Shown here piece after piece: positions 28,656-38,768 of a stretch of DNA of 64,000 bases (position 1 is its first letter; each line of letters opens with the position of its first letter). The DNA is taken from positions 2,908-66,907 of the forward strand of contig JBBAPZ010000006.1 in assembly GCA_040400605.1 (NCBI GenBank), in the 5' to 3' direction. This DNA is from Candidatus Sericytochromatia bacterium. Lineage in GTDB: Bacteria > Cyanobacteriota > Sericytochromatia > S15B-MN24 > JAQBPE01. The position numbers and the translations under genes were made by a program. Below the pieces are notes generated by a model. That model saw nothing but the letters and a program-made list of their open reading frames with translations. It made no database searches and had not been told where the DNA came from.

Positions 28656-28798
28656 GTCTTCTACAGGCTTGTATTGATTGGTAATCGGATTGTTGGCTTT
28701 CGCTGAACATCCGCGTTCGCGTCAGCTGTTTTTTTGCACTTGTTGCGCAAGTTTTGATGAGAAACCTTTGCGTCATTGTATAGAAAGGCGATAGACAC

Positions 28799-30175
28799 AT
28801 GACACGCGTCATTATACTTGGCGGAGGGCCTGGTGGTTATGTCGCAGCCATTCGGGCGGCGCAACTGGGTTTGGATGTCACCCTCATCGAGCGGGAGTGG
28901 CTCGGTGGGGTGTGTCTCAACTGGGGCTGCATTCCAACCAAGGCCTTGTTGCGGAACGCCGAGGTGTTGTCGTTGTTTCGTCATGCCAGGGATTGGGGCG
29001 TGCAGATCGAGGGGCTGCAGGCTGATTTTGGCCTGGCATTTGACCGCTCCCGGCAAGTGGCTGACAAACTCGTCAAAGGCATTCATTATCTGATGAAGAA
29101 GAATAAAATCAAGGTGGTAATGGGTACCGCGACGTTACGCTCTGCGAGTGAAGTAGCTGTCGGGGAGACGGTTTATCGTGCCGATCACATCATTCTCGCC
29201 GTGGGGGCTCGCCCACGCTTGCTGCCCGGTATGGTCGCCGATGGCGTGAAGGTTGTAACGAGCCGCGAAGCGTTGCTGGATAACCGTACCGCGCCTGCCT
29301 CCATCGTGATTTTGGGTGGTGGGGCGATCGGCTGTGAATTCGCCTATGTTTATCGCAGTTACGGGGCACAGGTCACCTTGGTTGAGATGCGAGACCATTT
29401 GTTACCCAATGAAGATGCCGAGAGCTCTGGCGTGCTGGAAAAAGCGTATGCCAAAGACGGTATCGCCCTTGAACTCGGTGCGGCCTATCAATCGCATGAA
29501 GTGACGGCAACCGGTGTCAAAGTAAATGTCAAACGGGCGAACGGTGAGCTTGTAACCGTCAACGCCGAGCGCATGTTGGTAGCGCTTGGCATCAGTGCCA
29601 ATACGGAGCACCTCGGTCTTGAAGCATTGGGTGTTCAGACGGCGCGTGGTTTCATCCAGGTGGATGATCACATGCGCACGAATGTGCCGGGCATCTGGGC
29701 AATCGGCGATTGCAACGGCAAGCTCGGTTTGGCGCACGTCGCATCGGCCCAGGGGGTCGTGGCCGTTGAAACGATCGCAGGCCATCATCCGCCCGCATTA
29801 CGTTATGAGGATATGCCGCGTTGTACGTATTGTCATCCGCAGGTCGCAAGTTTGGGACTGACTGAGGCGCAGGCGCGTGAAGCCGGTTTCGATGTCCGTG
29901 TGGGGCGTTTCCCATTGTCAGCAAATGGAAAGGCGTTGGCCTTGGGCGATACGAATGGGCAAGTCAAAGTGGTGGTTGATGGGCGCTATGGTGAGTTGTT
30001 GGGCGTGCACATGGTGGGCCCTGATGTGACGGAACTCTTGCCTGAGTTTGGTCTCGCGCGTCAGGCTGAAGCAACGGTGCACGAATTTGAATACAGTGTC
30101 CATGCGCATCCAACCTTGTCGGAGGCTTTGCATGAAGCGGTATTGGATGCAATGGGGCAGGCCATTCATATTTAA
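28799..30175 (+). CDS. lpdA: dihydrolipoyl dehydrogenase (E3)
   Basis: GGGPGGYVAAIRAAQLG FAD site, redox disulfide GGVCLNWGCIPTK, and C-terminal HAHPTLSE interface motif. Confidence 0.9.
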   Translation: MTRVIILGGGPGGYVAAIRAAQLGLDVTLIEREWLGGVCLNWGCIPTKALLRNAEVLSLFRHARDWGVQIEGLQADFGLAFDRSRQVADKLVKGIHYLMKKNKIKVVMGTATLRSASEVAVGETVYRADHIILAVGARPRLLPGMVADGVKVVTSREALLDNRTAPASIVILGGGAIGCEFAYVYRSYGAQVTLVEMRDHLLPNEDAESSGVLEKAYAKDGIALELGAAYQSHEVTATGVKVNVKRANGELVTVNAERMLVALGISANTEHLGLEALGVQTARGFIQVDDHMRTNVPGIWAIGDCNGKLGLAHVASAQGVVAVETIAGHHPPALRYEDMPRCTYCHPQVASLGLTEAQAREAGFDVRVGRFPLSANGKALALGDTNGQVKVVVDGRYGELLGVHMVGPDVTELLPEFGLARQAEATVHEFEYSVHAHPTLSEALHEAVLDAMGQAIHI

Positions 30176-30301
30176 GTTCCCGCATTTCAATTGAGGGCGT
30201 GTGCGTCTTGACGTGACGCCCTCTGCTGATCGCGCGTCCCCAGCGTGATTGGCTGAACCGAGGCGTTTTTGTGCTGATGGCGTCGTGGTCCGGACGGGTT
30301 T

Positions 30302-31300
30302 TCAGCGTGAGATGTCCATCAAGACACGCTGAGCGAGATCAGCGCCGCTCAGATAGGCCGCTTCAACCTTTTGGTCGATGCACCAGTCACCTGCCACGCC
30401 GAGATGTCTCAGCGGGTCATACGCGCTTGGGACACCCAATGGTTTGGTGGCTCGGGCATAGCGCCAGCGATGGGCGATCGCCTCCGTGACGGCTGGCAAC
30501 CTGTTTGCTAACTGTGATTCCCATTCCGCCAGAAGCTGAGCAATGATCCAGTGGGGTTCGGCCTCCAGATGGTCTTCGGACCAACGGGCATTGGCGTGGA
30601 GGACCCAGCAGGGATCGGATTTGCGGCCGGGCTTGGATGCGTTGTTGGCAATCCAGCCAAGGGGCGACCGCCCGATGATATGCGCGGCGTCGTAAGGGAC
30701 CTCCGGCGTGCGCTCAAAGGCCACCATAACCGCCCAGCAAGGCATCATCACGACCTGTGAAAGACTTGTGGAAAATTCGAACTGATGCGGTGCTAAAAGC
30801 GCAAGTGCCTGCGGTGCCGGCGTGCAAATCAACACGTCCGTAAAAGGACCCGCATCGTCGTGAGCACCCAACAACCACCACAGACCGGAACGCTCAACCA
30901 ATCCGGTCACCGTCCAGCCGGTGTGAAGAACCAAACCGGCTCCAAGCTGATGAGCCAAATGGTTCATACCCGGCACGGCCACCCAATGCGTACGGGTACG
31001 GTGCGTGACTTGGCCATCGTGTTCAATGCGAACGATGCGCCCCTGCCACGGCAAGACCCATCCCGCCTCATGCCACGCCGTAATCGCCTGTTGGAAGCGT
31101 TGATCGACAGCCGTCATGTACTGGGCGCCATGATCAAACTGATGGTCAAGCGGACTACGCCGGGTCGCCAGCCGGCCACCCGTTTTAAAACCCTTGTCGA
31201 AGAGTACCACCCCGATGCCAGCATCCTGCAAATGACGCGCACAAGTCAACCCTGCAACACCCGCGCCAAGGACAGCAACACATCGTGAAGGCCCGGTCAT
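30302..31300 (-). CDS. FAD/NAD(P)-dependent oxidoreductase (renalase/amine-oxidase-like)
   Basis: N-terminal VAVLGAGVAGLTCA...DKGFKTGGRLATRR dinucleotide-binding motif. Confidence 0.7.
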   Translation of the reverse strand: MTGPSRCVAVLGAGVAGLTCARHLQDAGIGVVLFDKGFKTGGRLATRRSPLDHQFDHGAQYMTAVDQRFQQAITAWHEAGWVLPWQGRIVRIEHDGQVTHRTRTHWVAVPGMNHLAHQLGAGLVLHTGWTVTGLVERSGLWWLLGAHDDAGPFTDVLICTPAPQALALLAPHQFEFSTSLSQVVMMPCWAVMVAFERTPEVPYDAAHIIGRSPLGWIANNASKPGRKSDPCWVLHANARWSEDHLEAEPHWIIAQLLAEWESQLANRLPAVTEAIAHRWRYARATKPLGVPSAYDPLRHLGVAGDWCIDQKVEAAYLSGADLAQRVLMDISR

Positions 31301-31401
31301 GAGCAGCCAACTTTCAACTCTGAAACATACCGTTACAAGGCCCGGCCAACGCCCATTGGCCTTGATTGATTTTGACTCACGGGGGTTGTCAGGCTCTCCC
31401 C

Positions 31402-32205
31402 TTATAGCTCATCCAAGCTGTCGCCACCTTTTTTCTCGACCGGTTTGGGCAATTCAGGCGCTGCCTGAACGGGAGCAGCCACCGGCAAGTCAGGCGCTTT
31501 TTGGGGTGCAGCGATGCTCTTCTCGATTACGGGTGCCGAACCATTGGGAACTGAGCGGCTCGAAGACGCCTTGGATGGTTGTATCGGCACTTCAGTTTTC
31601 TGTTCCTTCTGGTAAATATCATCCAATCCGTGAGCGTCGGTTTGACCGCCGTCTGAACGACCAACGGCCGTGTATGTACCTTGCGTACTGGCGAGGAACG
31701 GCAGGATATGATCGCGCCCTTTCACTTTGGCCACATCAAATGGCGAAATCTTGGCTGAGGATTTGGTCAAGGGGTCCGCACCACGCCTCAGTAAAAATCG
31801 AACCACCTCCGGCCGATTTTCGTGAATGGCCCAATGCAAAGCCGTATAACCACTGTAGTCTTCCAAACGAAGATCGGCTTCGTGATCAAGCAAATAGCGC
31901 ACCATCTGCATATTGCCGAGTTGCGACGCACGAATGAGCGGCGTTCGACCAAAGCCATCCCGCGTGTTGATGTCAACGCCCCGATCAAGAAGATTTTGGG
32001 CGATCAACACCATGCCGTGTTCCGAAGCACCACTCAAGGTATGCCGCTCTGCGACGATGGAATAATCCCGCCCGAATAATTGCTCGATCCAACTCGGCGG
32101 ACGATCGTTCTCATCCTCCGCTGCGATCGCAACCGATCCGAATCCAGATCCGACGGCGACAGCCATTGACAAAACCATACCGTGCACAAAATGCTTGGGT
32201 CTCAT
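31402..32205 (-). CDS. secreted ankyrin-repeat protein
   Basis: Start revised to M14 (GAGG 10 nt upstream), giving the signal peptide MRPKHFVHGMVLSMAVAVGSGFGSVAIA. At least three ANK repeats follow (GRTPLIRASQLGNMQMVRYLLDHEADL, GYTALHWAIHENRPEVVRFLLRRGADP), then a Pro/Ala-rich tail. Confidence 0.7.
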   Translation of the reverse strand: MRPKHFVHGMVLSMAVAVGSGFGSVAIAAEDENDRPPSWIEQLFGRDYSIVAERHTLSGASEHGMVLIAQNLLDRGVDINTRDGFGRTPLIRASQLGNMQMVRYLLDHEADLRLEDYSGYTALHWAIHENRPEVVRFLLRRGADPLTKSSAKISPFDVAKVKGRDHILPFLASTQGTYTAVGRSDGGQTDAHGLDDIYQKEQKTEVPIQPSKASSSRSVPNGSAPVIEKSIAAPQKAPDLPVAAPVQAAPELPKPVEKKGGDSLDEL

Positions 32206-32438
32206 TGGAAGGAGCCTCACGCGCCAAAAAAAGCCTTTAACCAAGCAGACAAGGAAGCCAGGCTGCCCGCTCTAGTTATACCCGGCTTGCGACTTCTATC
32301 ACAAATCGGCCCAATTGTGACGATGGTCATCCCGACGAACAGTCAGCCACTTTGCGGCAGAATCCCGAAAACGGGACGCAGATGCCCATCGTCTCGAGCC
32401 GCAACATTCAAATAACTGAACTGAACGTGTTGGGCGAC

Positions 32439-33365
32439 TTAAGCGTCGCTTCCGTCCGAAACGGTGACCCCATGCCAAGGCATGGCCCGGTTATCGCTGG
32501 CTGCGAAGCCTTCTTGACTGATACCGATGATGCCAATGTCAATTTCTGCCGGAAACCGCGCCACGCCCGCATCCAGTGCGTGTTGAAGCGGCACTCCGCG
32601 CGCGATCTCATCATAAACGCTCTTTGCCAGAAACTCACGGACGATCGCTTCACCGATACCGGTAACGGCAATGGCACCGTGCGTGCCGGCGTAAAAACCA
32701 CACCCGACGATTGGCGTATCGCCGACCCGGCCGTAAAGCATCGGCGAACTGCCGCCTGTGGAACTGGCCACCGCAAAATGGCCATGTTGATCACGCGTCA
32801 CCACGCCAATCGTACTGCTCCCGTGCTGCTTGATCACCTCTGACCAATGCGCCGCGAAGTTCCAGTGCCCCAAAAAGTCAAACTGACGCCACTCATCGGG
32901 AAAATCATAGGCTTGATCAGCTTGCAATGCCGCAAGCACTTCCCGGTGGATGCGCCGCGCCCGTTCGCTCACGACGTGGTGGACATCGTGTCCAAGCACG
33001 CGGGCAAACGCCTCTGCGCCCTCGCCAACCATCAGCCAGTGTGGTGTGTCAGCAACCGCCTTGGCAATCTTAACCGGATTCTTGACGCGCTGCAGGGCGG
33101 CGACTGCACCCAGTTTGCCCCGACTGTCCATCACCGCTGCGTCCATCTCGACCGTCTTGCCGTCCATACGCAGGCTGGAACCGGAACCCGCATTGAAGCG
33201 ACCATCATCTTCCAGACAGACTGCTGCGGCAATGGCTGCATCCAACGCGTCACCACCTGCGCGAAGCAAGTCAAGCCCGACTTCAGCAGCTGCGATGCAG
33301 CCGTCGAGATGCGCTCGGGTATTACCAACCCCGCCGTGCAGAACCAGGCTGATCGGAGATTTCAC
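32439..33365 (-). CDS. isoaspartyl peptidase / L-asparaginase (Ntn-hydrolase, plant-type asparaginase family)
   Basis: HGGVGNT...STIGVVTRD...HGAIAVTGIGE blocks of the Asparaginase_2 family. Confidence 0.85.
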   Translation of the reverse strand: MKSPISLVLHGGVGNTRAHLDGCIAAAEVGLDLLRAGGDALDAAIAAAVCLEDDGRFNAGSGSSLRMDGKTVEMDAAVMDSRGKLGAVAALQRVKNPVKIAKAVADTPHWLMVGEGAEAFARVLGHDVHHVVSERARRIHREVLAALQADQAYDFPDEWRQFDFLGHWNFAAHWSEVIKQHGSSTIGVVTRDQHGHFAVASSTGGSSPMLYGRVGDTPIVGCGFYAGTHGAIAVTGIGEAIVREFLAKSVYDEIARGVPLQHALDAGVARFPAEIDIGIIGISQEGFAASDNRAMPWHGVTVSDGSDA

Positions 33366-33507
33366 AACGCCTACCCTTCATTTGGACTTTTACAACGGGC
33401 CAGTATAGCATGGTTTACTTAACGTGGTAACGGTCACAATGACGGGTGCGCCTTGCGATAGACGGCACCGTCACTTGCTCGCTTGTGGGCTGATGATTGC
33501 ACGTTGA

Positions 33508-33530
33508 TGGCAGGCCCGCGGGATCGAACC
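33508..33530 (-). other. tRNA 3'-end-like fragment (T-loop + acceptor 3' strand + CCA), not a complete tRNA
   Basis: The minus strand reads GGTTCGATCCCGCGGGCCTGCCA. It has a canonical T-loop and a CCA end but no complementary acceptor 5' strand or D/anticodon arms upstream. It sits in the aroA promoter region. Confidence 0.3.
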
Positions 33531-33586
33531 AGCGAGCGGCGGCGTTGCATCGGGATTGCCGATGTCGGGATTGAGGAGGCCTCATT

Positions 33587-34894
33587 TTGGATCGCGTGAC
33601 GCTTTTACCTGGTGGTTGCCTGCGCGGTCGAATCCAGGCGGCGCCGGACAAGTCAATCTCACACCGTGTGGCGATCGCCGCTGCCCTCGCCGAAGGCCAA
33701 AGCGAGATTCAGCGTTATTTGAAAGCCGAGGATACGCTTTGCACCCTTCACTGTTTGGCAGCATTGGGTGTTCCATGGCGCTGGATGGATGATGAGGTGC
33801 TACAAATTGATGGTGTCGGACTCACTGGACTGCGGGAGCCGGCTGATGTCCTCAATGCCGGTAATTCGGGGACGACGGCACGGATTTTGTCTGGTGTTCT
33901 GGCTGCGCAACCGTTCGTGTCGATTCTCACCGGCGATGCATCATTGCGCCAGCGGCCGATGCAGCGGGTCGTCGAACCGCTCGGAATGATGGGCGCGCGT
34001 TTCATCGGGCGCTCATCCGCGTCGCGCCTGCCACTCGCCATTTCAGGCGCAGCCCCAACCGCGCTGACTTATCGATCCCCACGCGCCAGTGCACAGGTAA
34101 AAAGTGCCTTGCTGTTTGCCGGTCTCTTTGCAGATGGTGAGACCCGCTTCGAAGAACCGTTGCGATCGCGCGACCACACCGAACGTCTCTTTGCAATGAT
34201 GGGGGTTCCGATAGTTCGGGAAGCCAATGCCGTCATGGTTCGAGGGCTGCGGCCATTAACCCCCATTCGGATGACGGTGCCGGGAGACTGGTCCTCTGCT
34301 GCATTCTGGCTGGTTGCAGCGTCAGTTGCACCCGATTCGGACGTGCTCATCGAAGGGGTTGGGATTAATCCGACCCGCACAGGTTTGCTTGATGTACTGG
34401 ATGCGATGGGGGCCAAAATCGACAGGCTAAATACGCGCGTGGAGGGGGCAGAGCCAGTGTGTGACTTGCGTGTGCGCAGTGCCAGACTGTCTTCTGTGGA
34501 AGTATCAGGTGATCTGATTCCGCGGCTGATCGACGAAATACCTGTTTTGGCGCTTGCATGCGTGCTGGCTCAGGGACGAAGCATCATCCGGGATGCATCC
34601 GAATTGCGTGTAAAAGAGTCTGATCGCCTGCAGATGACGGCATCACAGTTGAGTCGCCTCGGTGCAAAAATTATCGAGTGCCAGGATGGGCTGATCATCG
34701 ATGGCGTTCCAAATCTTGGTGGCGGGTGTGTTTCATCGGCAGGCGACCACCGAATCGCCATGACGTTGGCGATCGCCGCCCTCCGTGCTACCGACGCTGT
34801 TGATCTTAACGGCATTGACTGCATTCGAACCAGTTATCCCAATTTTTGGGAAGACTTCGCCAGTCTTAAACACATCAACCAGCCAACACCTTGA
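33587..34894 (+). CDS. aroA: 3-phosphoshikimate 1-carboxyvinyltransferase (EPSP synthase)
   Basis: DKSISHR, NAGNSGTTARIL and ...GDHRIAMT blocks of EPSPS. Confidence 0.9.
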   Translation: MDRVTLLPGGCLRGRIQAAPDKSISHRVAIAAALAEGQSEIQRYLKAEDTLCTLHCLAALGVPWRWMDDEVLQIDGVGLTGLREPADVLNAGNSGTTARILSGVLAAQPFVSILTGDASLRQRPMQRVVEPLGMMGARFIGRSSASRLPLAISGAAPTALTYRSPRASAQVKSALLFAGLFADGETRFEEPLRSRDHTERLFAMMGVPIVREANAVMVRGLRPLTPIRMTVPGDWSSAAFWLVAASVAPDSDVLIEGVGINPTRTGLLDVLDAMGAKIDRLNTRVEGAEPVCDLRVRSARLSSVEVSGDLIPRLIDEIPVLALACVLAQGRSIIRDASELRVKESDRLQMTASQLSRLGAKIIECQDGLIIDGVPNLGGGCVSSAGDHRIAMTLAIAALRATDAVDLNGIDCIRTSYPNFWEDFASLKHINQPTP

Positions 34895-34980
34895 ATGATG
34901 ACACACACGATACGACCAAAATACTTGATGACAATGCAAGAACCTTCAAAATCGTGCGCAAATAATCAACTTTGGCTAAA

Positions 34981-35002
34981 AACTTGATCACCAAAACAAC
35001 GC
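34981..35002 (-). repeat. variant copy GCGTTGTTTTGGTGATCAAGTT of the dispersed motif
   Basis: Minus-strand orientation, between the convergent aroA and C11 peptidase genes. Confidence 0.4.
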
Positions 35003-35167
35003 TTTTCTGAATCACGGGCGCGCTCAAGCGTCGGAACAGGCGATCGCAGCCTATCCACGGCGCTTGACCAAAGGCAGGATCGTGACGTTCTGTCTGACGC
35101 GTGATGTCGGCATTTTACGAACCGCGCGATAGTCACACCAAGATGGTGCTCAAGGCGCACGCTCGCA

Positions 35168-36472
35168 TCAGTTTGCATTCAAGGCCGTGAGCAGTTCATC
35201 CCACTGTGTTTCTTTCGCGAAGGCCGTGTCGCGATAGATGGGATCCACCTTGGCCGCCAAGGGCAGATAAATCGACAACCCGCGTGTCACACCCCCTTGT
35301 TCATTGGCTGAGCGAGACAGAATGATTGCGCCGCCTTTGTTGAAAAGCGCCTGATTGACCCGTTGACAGGCTGCACGAACCCGCGCGTCACTGACGCGAA
35401 GCTGCAATTGACGGATCACTTCGTTGAGGTCACGGTGGTCAAAATCACTTTTATCCGGCCCCGAGACGTGGAAGGCGCGAACCGCCTCAAGACTCCGCCG
35501 AATGACTGATCGCTGCTCTGGAATGATCCGAAGCAAACTGTCAGCCAATTCATTGACTGCTTGCGTGAGCGGTGCAACCCGAGCCATATCAATGGCTGAA
35601 ACAGTAAACAAGGCCTTTTGTGAACCGAGACGCAACGCACGAAGCACCAAACCCCGCGACAATTCTTGTGCATCCGGGGTCCGCTCGCGCGTCACCGTCG
35701 CCAACGATGCCGGATAATTCATCCCCAGTGCATACGACGAGTCTTCACTTCCCACCATCACGGCTGCCGTGTCGCGCAACTCATGCGCAACTTCCAGAGA
35801 CGACATCAAACACGCATCAAAGGTCAAAAGGTCCAGCTTGCGTCCACCAGAACCATCAAGCAAGGCTGAGCGCAATTGCGGCAACCGCATGATGCCGCCG
35901 CCCCGATCATCCTGGGCGATACCGTAATAGCCACCCCCATGATTGTTGATATCAAACCACCGAAACGCTGAAGGATACTTTCCAAAAGCCCATTTCATCG
36001 ACTGAGACAAGGTCTTTGGGCGACTCGTGTCAAGCTCCTGACTTGCAGCCGGTGCATAAGGACTGCTCACACGCTCCTCCGCTGTGTCCCGACGCATGTA
36101 GTACCTGCGCGTGTTCCGTGGACCGATATCATCCGTGAATGCCAAGACATTGACTGCCCGTGTTGACCCGACATGCTCCAAAATATTGAGGTGCATCGGC
36201 AAAGTCAAACCCAAATTGTTATCCAATGCCTTGTAAGTCAGGAACGTCACCCGTTTTGACTGTGGCGACAACGGCAATTGCCTCACACGTGTCCCATTTT
36301 CATCGACGAGCACGGTGTCTTTGCTGATTTGGGCCTCAATTTCGGGATAATCATCGACAACCGCGCGACTCGCCCACTGTCCACCACTTGACTGCAGGAC
36401 ACCGATCGGCGCCTGACACGACCATAACAGCGTTCCCGTCAACACGGACAACCAGGGTTTCAAACGATTCAA
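35168..36472 (-). CDS. clostripain-related (peptidase C11 family) cysteine peptidase, secreted
   Basis: Signal peptide, His block (DINNHGGGYYG) and LTFDACLMSS catalytic Cys block typical of C11. Confidence 0.6.
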   Translation of the reverse strand: MNRLKPWLSVLTGTLLWSCQAPIGVLQSSGGQWASRAVVDDYPEIEAQISKDTVLVDENGTRVRQLPLSPQSKRVTFLTYKALDNNLGLTLPMHLNILEHVGSTRAVNVLAFTDDIGPRNTRRYYMRRDTAEERVSSPYAPAASQELDTSRPKTLSQSMKWAFGKYPSAFRWFDINNHGGGYYGIAQDDRGGGIMRLPQLRSALLDGSGGRKLDLLTFDACLMSSLEVAHELRDTAAVMVGSEDSSYALGMNYPASLATVTRERTPDAQELSRGLVLRALRLGSQKALFTVSAIDMARVAPLTQAVNELADSLLRIIPEQRSVIRRSLEAVRAFHVSGPDKSDFDHRDLNEVIRQLQLRVSDARVRAACQRVNQALFNKGGAIILSRSANEQGGVTRGLSIYLPLAAKVDPIYRDTAFAKETQWDELLTALNAN

Positions 36473-36570
36473 CGGAACCTCCCGCTTCGGATTGTCACGC
36501 TACACGGAAATTAAGTTTATGAATACATTAAGCCTTTCTTATAATCGTAAAAAAAACAGGAGATGTCAAC

Positions 36571-36598
36571 AAAAAAATAACGGGCCACAGGGCCCGTT
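36571..36598 (-). terminator. intrinsic terminator downstream of clpS
   Basis: The minus strand reads AACGGGCC-ctgt-GGCCCGTT, an 8-bp stem followed by ATTTTTTTT. Confidence 0.6.
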
Positions 36599-36621
36599 GT
36601 CGATAAGGTACGTTATCAATC

Positions 36622-36903
36622 TCAGAGGTCTTCTTCGATCGAACTGGTGAGACCAAAGCTTTGCAGGCGTTCACAGTACATCTCGGCGTGTTCGAGCGGA
36701 CACGCCAGCACGATGGCAACGCCTTGTTCATGAGCTTCTAACGTGACCGCATGCGCTTGCGACTGGCTGATGCCTGGAATGGCCTTGTGAAGGGAGCCGA
36801 TGACGTACTGAAAATCGTGATAATTATCATTGTGCAACAGCACCTTGTACGGGTGATGGGATCTGGTTCCTGATTGCGGGCGTTCAAGTGTCTGGGCGTT
36901 CAA
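36622..36903 (-). CDS. clpS: ATP-dependent Clp protease adaptor ClpS
   Basis: YKVLLHNDNYHDFQYVIGSLHKAIPGISQSQAHAVTLEAHEQGVAIV is the ClpS core. Confidence 0.85.
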   Translation of the reverse strand: MNAQTLERPQSGTRSHHPYKVLLHNDNYHDFQYVIGSLHKAIPGISQSQAHAVTLEAHEQGVAIVLACPLEHAEMYCERLQSFGLTSSIEEDL

Positions 36904-37002
36904 GGTATACTCCTTTGCGTGATCGGGCTGCCTGACTCGTCACTCGGGCCGTTGGCGCGATCGCACTGGCGTTGGAACCGGACGGGTGCCGGGTAAGGAG
37001 TC

Positions 37003-37524
37003 GTGGTGAGAACATCCCGTATATACCCAATCTTTGGTTGCCTGTATCGTATCTCGACCACAACTGCTGTGCTGACGATTGGCTCCTGTGGCATTTTGGG
37101 GATGAATCCGAACGTGCAAACGTGGTGGCAACCTGATGCCGAGCACTACTATGTGGAAGGGGCCCTGAGCCAAGGCGATGCTGCACGCCCCACTGTTGGC
37201 TATGTGCAAGGCGAAGGCGACAACCCGGACCCCGGGAGTTTTGTGCGCATTGGTCAGCCGGGCGCCGGCATCAGCAGTGCCGGTATTCACGTTCCGTCAG
37301 GGTTGGTTATGGTATCGCAGAATAAACGCTTTGGCATCACGTTTCATTCAAACCGTCGGTTTGCGATTATTCGCCTGTTTGCTTGGGATGATTTCCGTGC
37401 CAATCGTGTACGCGATCTCGATGAACCCATCGCCGGAATCTGGGAAATCAAGAAAGAGGATCAACGTGGGTGGCATTTCAATGCGCCAGCGTGGAACCAA
37501 TTCAACTTTGCTTTTCACAAGTGA
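37003..37524 (+). CDS. hypothetical protein
   Basis: 173-aa ORF, the only one in this 650-bp gap. No motif recognised and the start is uncertain. Confidence 0.3.
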   Translation: MVRTSRIYPIFGCLYRISTTTAVLTIGSCGILGMNPNVQTWWQPDAEHYYVEGALSQGDAARPTVGYVQGEGDNPDPGSFVRIGQPGAGISSAGIHVPSGLVMVSQNKRFGITFHSNRRFAIIRLFAWDDFRANRVRDLDEPIAGIWEIKKEDQRGWHFNAPAWNQFNFAFHK

Positions 37525-37557
37525 CAACTACACTCAGATGACACATCGACAATAAAG

Positions 37558-37580
37558 AGGGCTACCAAAACTGGTAGCCC
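37558..37580 (-). terminator. hairpin GGGCTACC-aaaact-GGTAGCCC between the hypothetical gene and rplS, probable rplS terminator
   Basis: Perfect 8-bp stem. On the minus strand it is followed by TCTTTATTG, 75 nt after the rplS stop. Confidence 0.45.
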
Positions 37581-37654
37581 AAAGTCCCTTTAAGATGACA
37601 CAACCATCAGCGACCGTCGCCACGCGATACCTCAACGGCGACATCACATCAGAT

Positions 37655-38032
37655 TCACTTCGCTGGACGCGCGCTCGTCTTCTCCTTGATACGGGTAGCC
37701 TTGCCCTGCAAACCACGCAGATAATACAGCTTCGCACGGCGCACGTCACCCTGACGGAGAACATCAATCCGATCAACACGCGGAGAGTGCAACGGGAAAG
37801 TCCGCTCAACAGCCACACCTTGGAAGGTCCGACGAACCGTCACACTGCGCGATATCCCTGCACCCTGCAATTTGATGACGGTTCCTTCATAAGCCTGAAT
37901 GCGCTCCTTGCCACCTTCACGAATCTTGGCAAATACCTTGACAGTATCACCCGGTGCAATGCGCGGGACCTCAGCCTTCAGGTGCGGCTTTTCAACAGCA
38001 GCGAGAATTTCACGAGGGTTAACCTTGGACAT
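37655..38032 (-). CDS. rplS: 50S ribosomal protein L19
   Basis: Full-length match to the L19 pattern ([20 protein letters not shown]...RRAKLYYLR). Confidence 0.95.
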   Translation of the reverse strand: MSKVNPREILAAVEKPHLKAEVPRIAPGDTVKVFAKIREGGKERIQAYEGTVIKLQGAGISRSVTVRRTFQGVAVERTFPLHSPRVDRIDVLRQGDVRRAKLYYLRGLQGKATRIKEKTSARPAK

Positions 38033-38169
38033 ATTCAGCGAACTCCTAATGACGCATCAAGCGCCTCACGATCGCCCGCACCGCTCGGCGGACAGGCACA
38101 CTCTGATTCCTGTACGGATATTAACACGCTTGGCACCTTGGGGTCCAGCCACCTTGGCGTTCCCAAGTG

Positions 38170-38748
38170 TCACGCGAGTCGTGCCAAAACCAGTTTGGAT
38201 ACACATCGCAAAGTGTCAATTACCCCGACACCATCTTTTGCAACGGCTTGAAACGAAGGACATTTTCGAGGGTTCAGCGTGGTTTCCAATTCATTTAGCG
38301 TGCTGATGTCGCTAAGGTCCCTTTTGTTGAATTGCATCACAAGGGGCAGTTCATTGATGTTGAACCCATAATCGGCGACATTGGCCGTCAAATCATGCAA
38401 CGATAAAACGTTTTCCGCCATTTTCGATCGTTGCGAGTCTGCAACAAACACGACGCCATCCACGCCACTCAAGATCAGCTTGCGACTGGCCAGATATTCC
38501 TGTTGCCCAGGGACGGTGTAAAGGGCGAAACGAGTTTTGAAGCCGGCGACATGACCGAGGTTAATCGATAAAAAGTCAAAGTAAAGGGTTCGCTCGGTGG
38601 GCGTGGCCAAAGAGACCATGTCACCGCGCACGTGGGGTGGCAACTGTTTGAAAATAAACTCCAGATTGGTTGTTTTGCCCCCCAGGCCCGTTCCGTAGTA
38701 CACCAGTTTGCAACTGACTTCACGGCTGGCGTAGTTGATGATCGCCAC
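38170..38748 (-). CDS. mglA: Ras-like small GTPase MglA
   Basis: CKLVYYGTGLGGKTTNL P-loop, TVPGQ switch II, and NKRD specificity motif. The whole sequence is MglA-like. Confidence 0.85.
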   Translation of the reverse strand: MAIINYASREVSCKLVYYGTGLGGKTTNLEFIFKQLPPHVRGDMVSLATPTERTLYFDFLSINLGHVAGFKTRFALYTVPGQQEYLASRKLILSGVDGVVFVADSQRSKMAENVLSLHDLTANVADYGFNINELPLVMQFNKRDLSDISTLNELETTLNPRKCPSFQAVAKDGVGVIDTLRCVSKLVLARLA

Positions 38749-38768
38749 GATGAACTCCTTTCGCCCCC

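Noticed and set aside
33494-33590. Full tRNA or tmRNA gene on the minus strand
   Set aside because: Only the T-loop, acceptor 3' strand and CCA are present. No complementary acceptor 5' strand, D-arm or anticodon arm can be drawn. The 5' partner region would fall inside the aroA RBS and CDS. It is kept only as a fragment.
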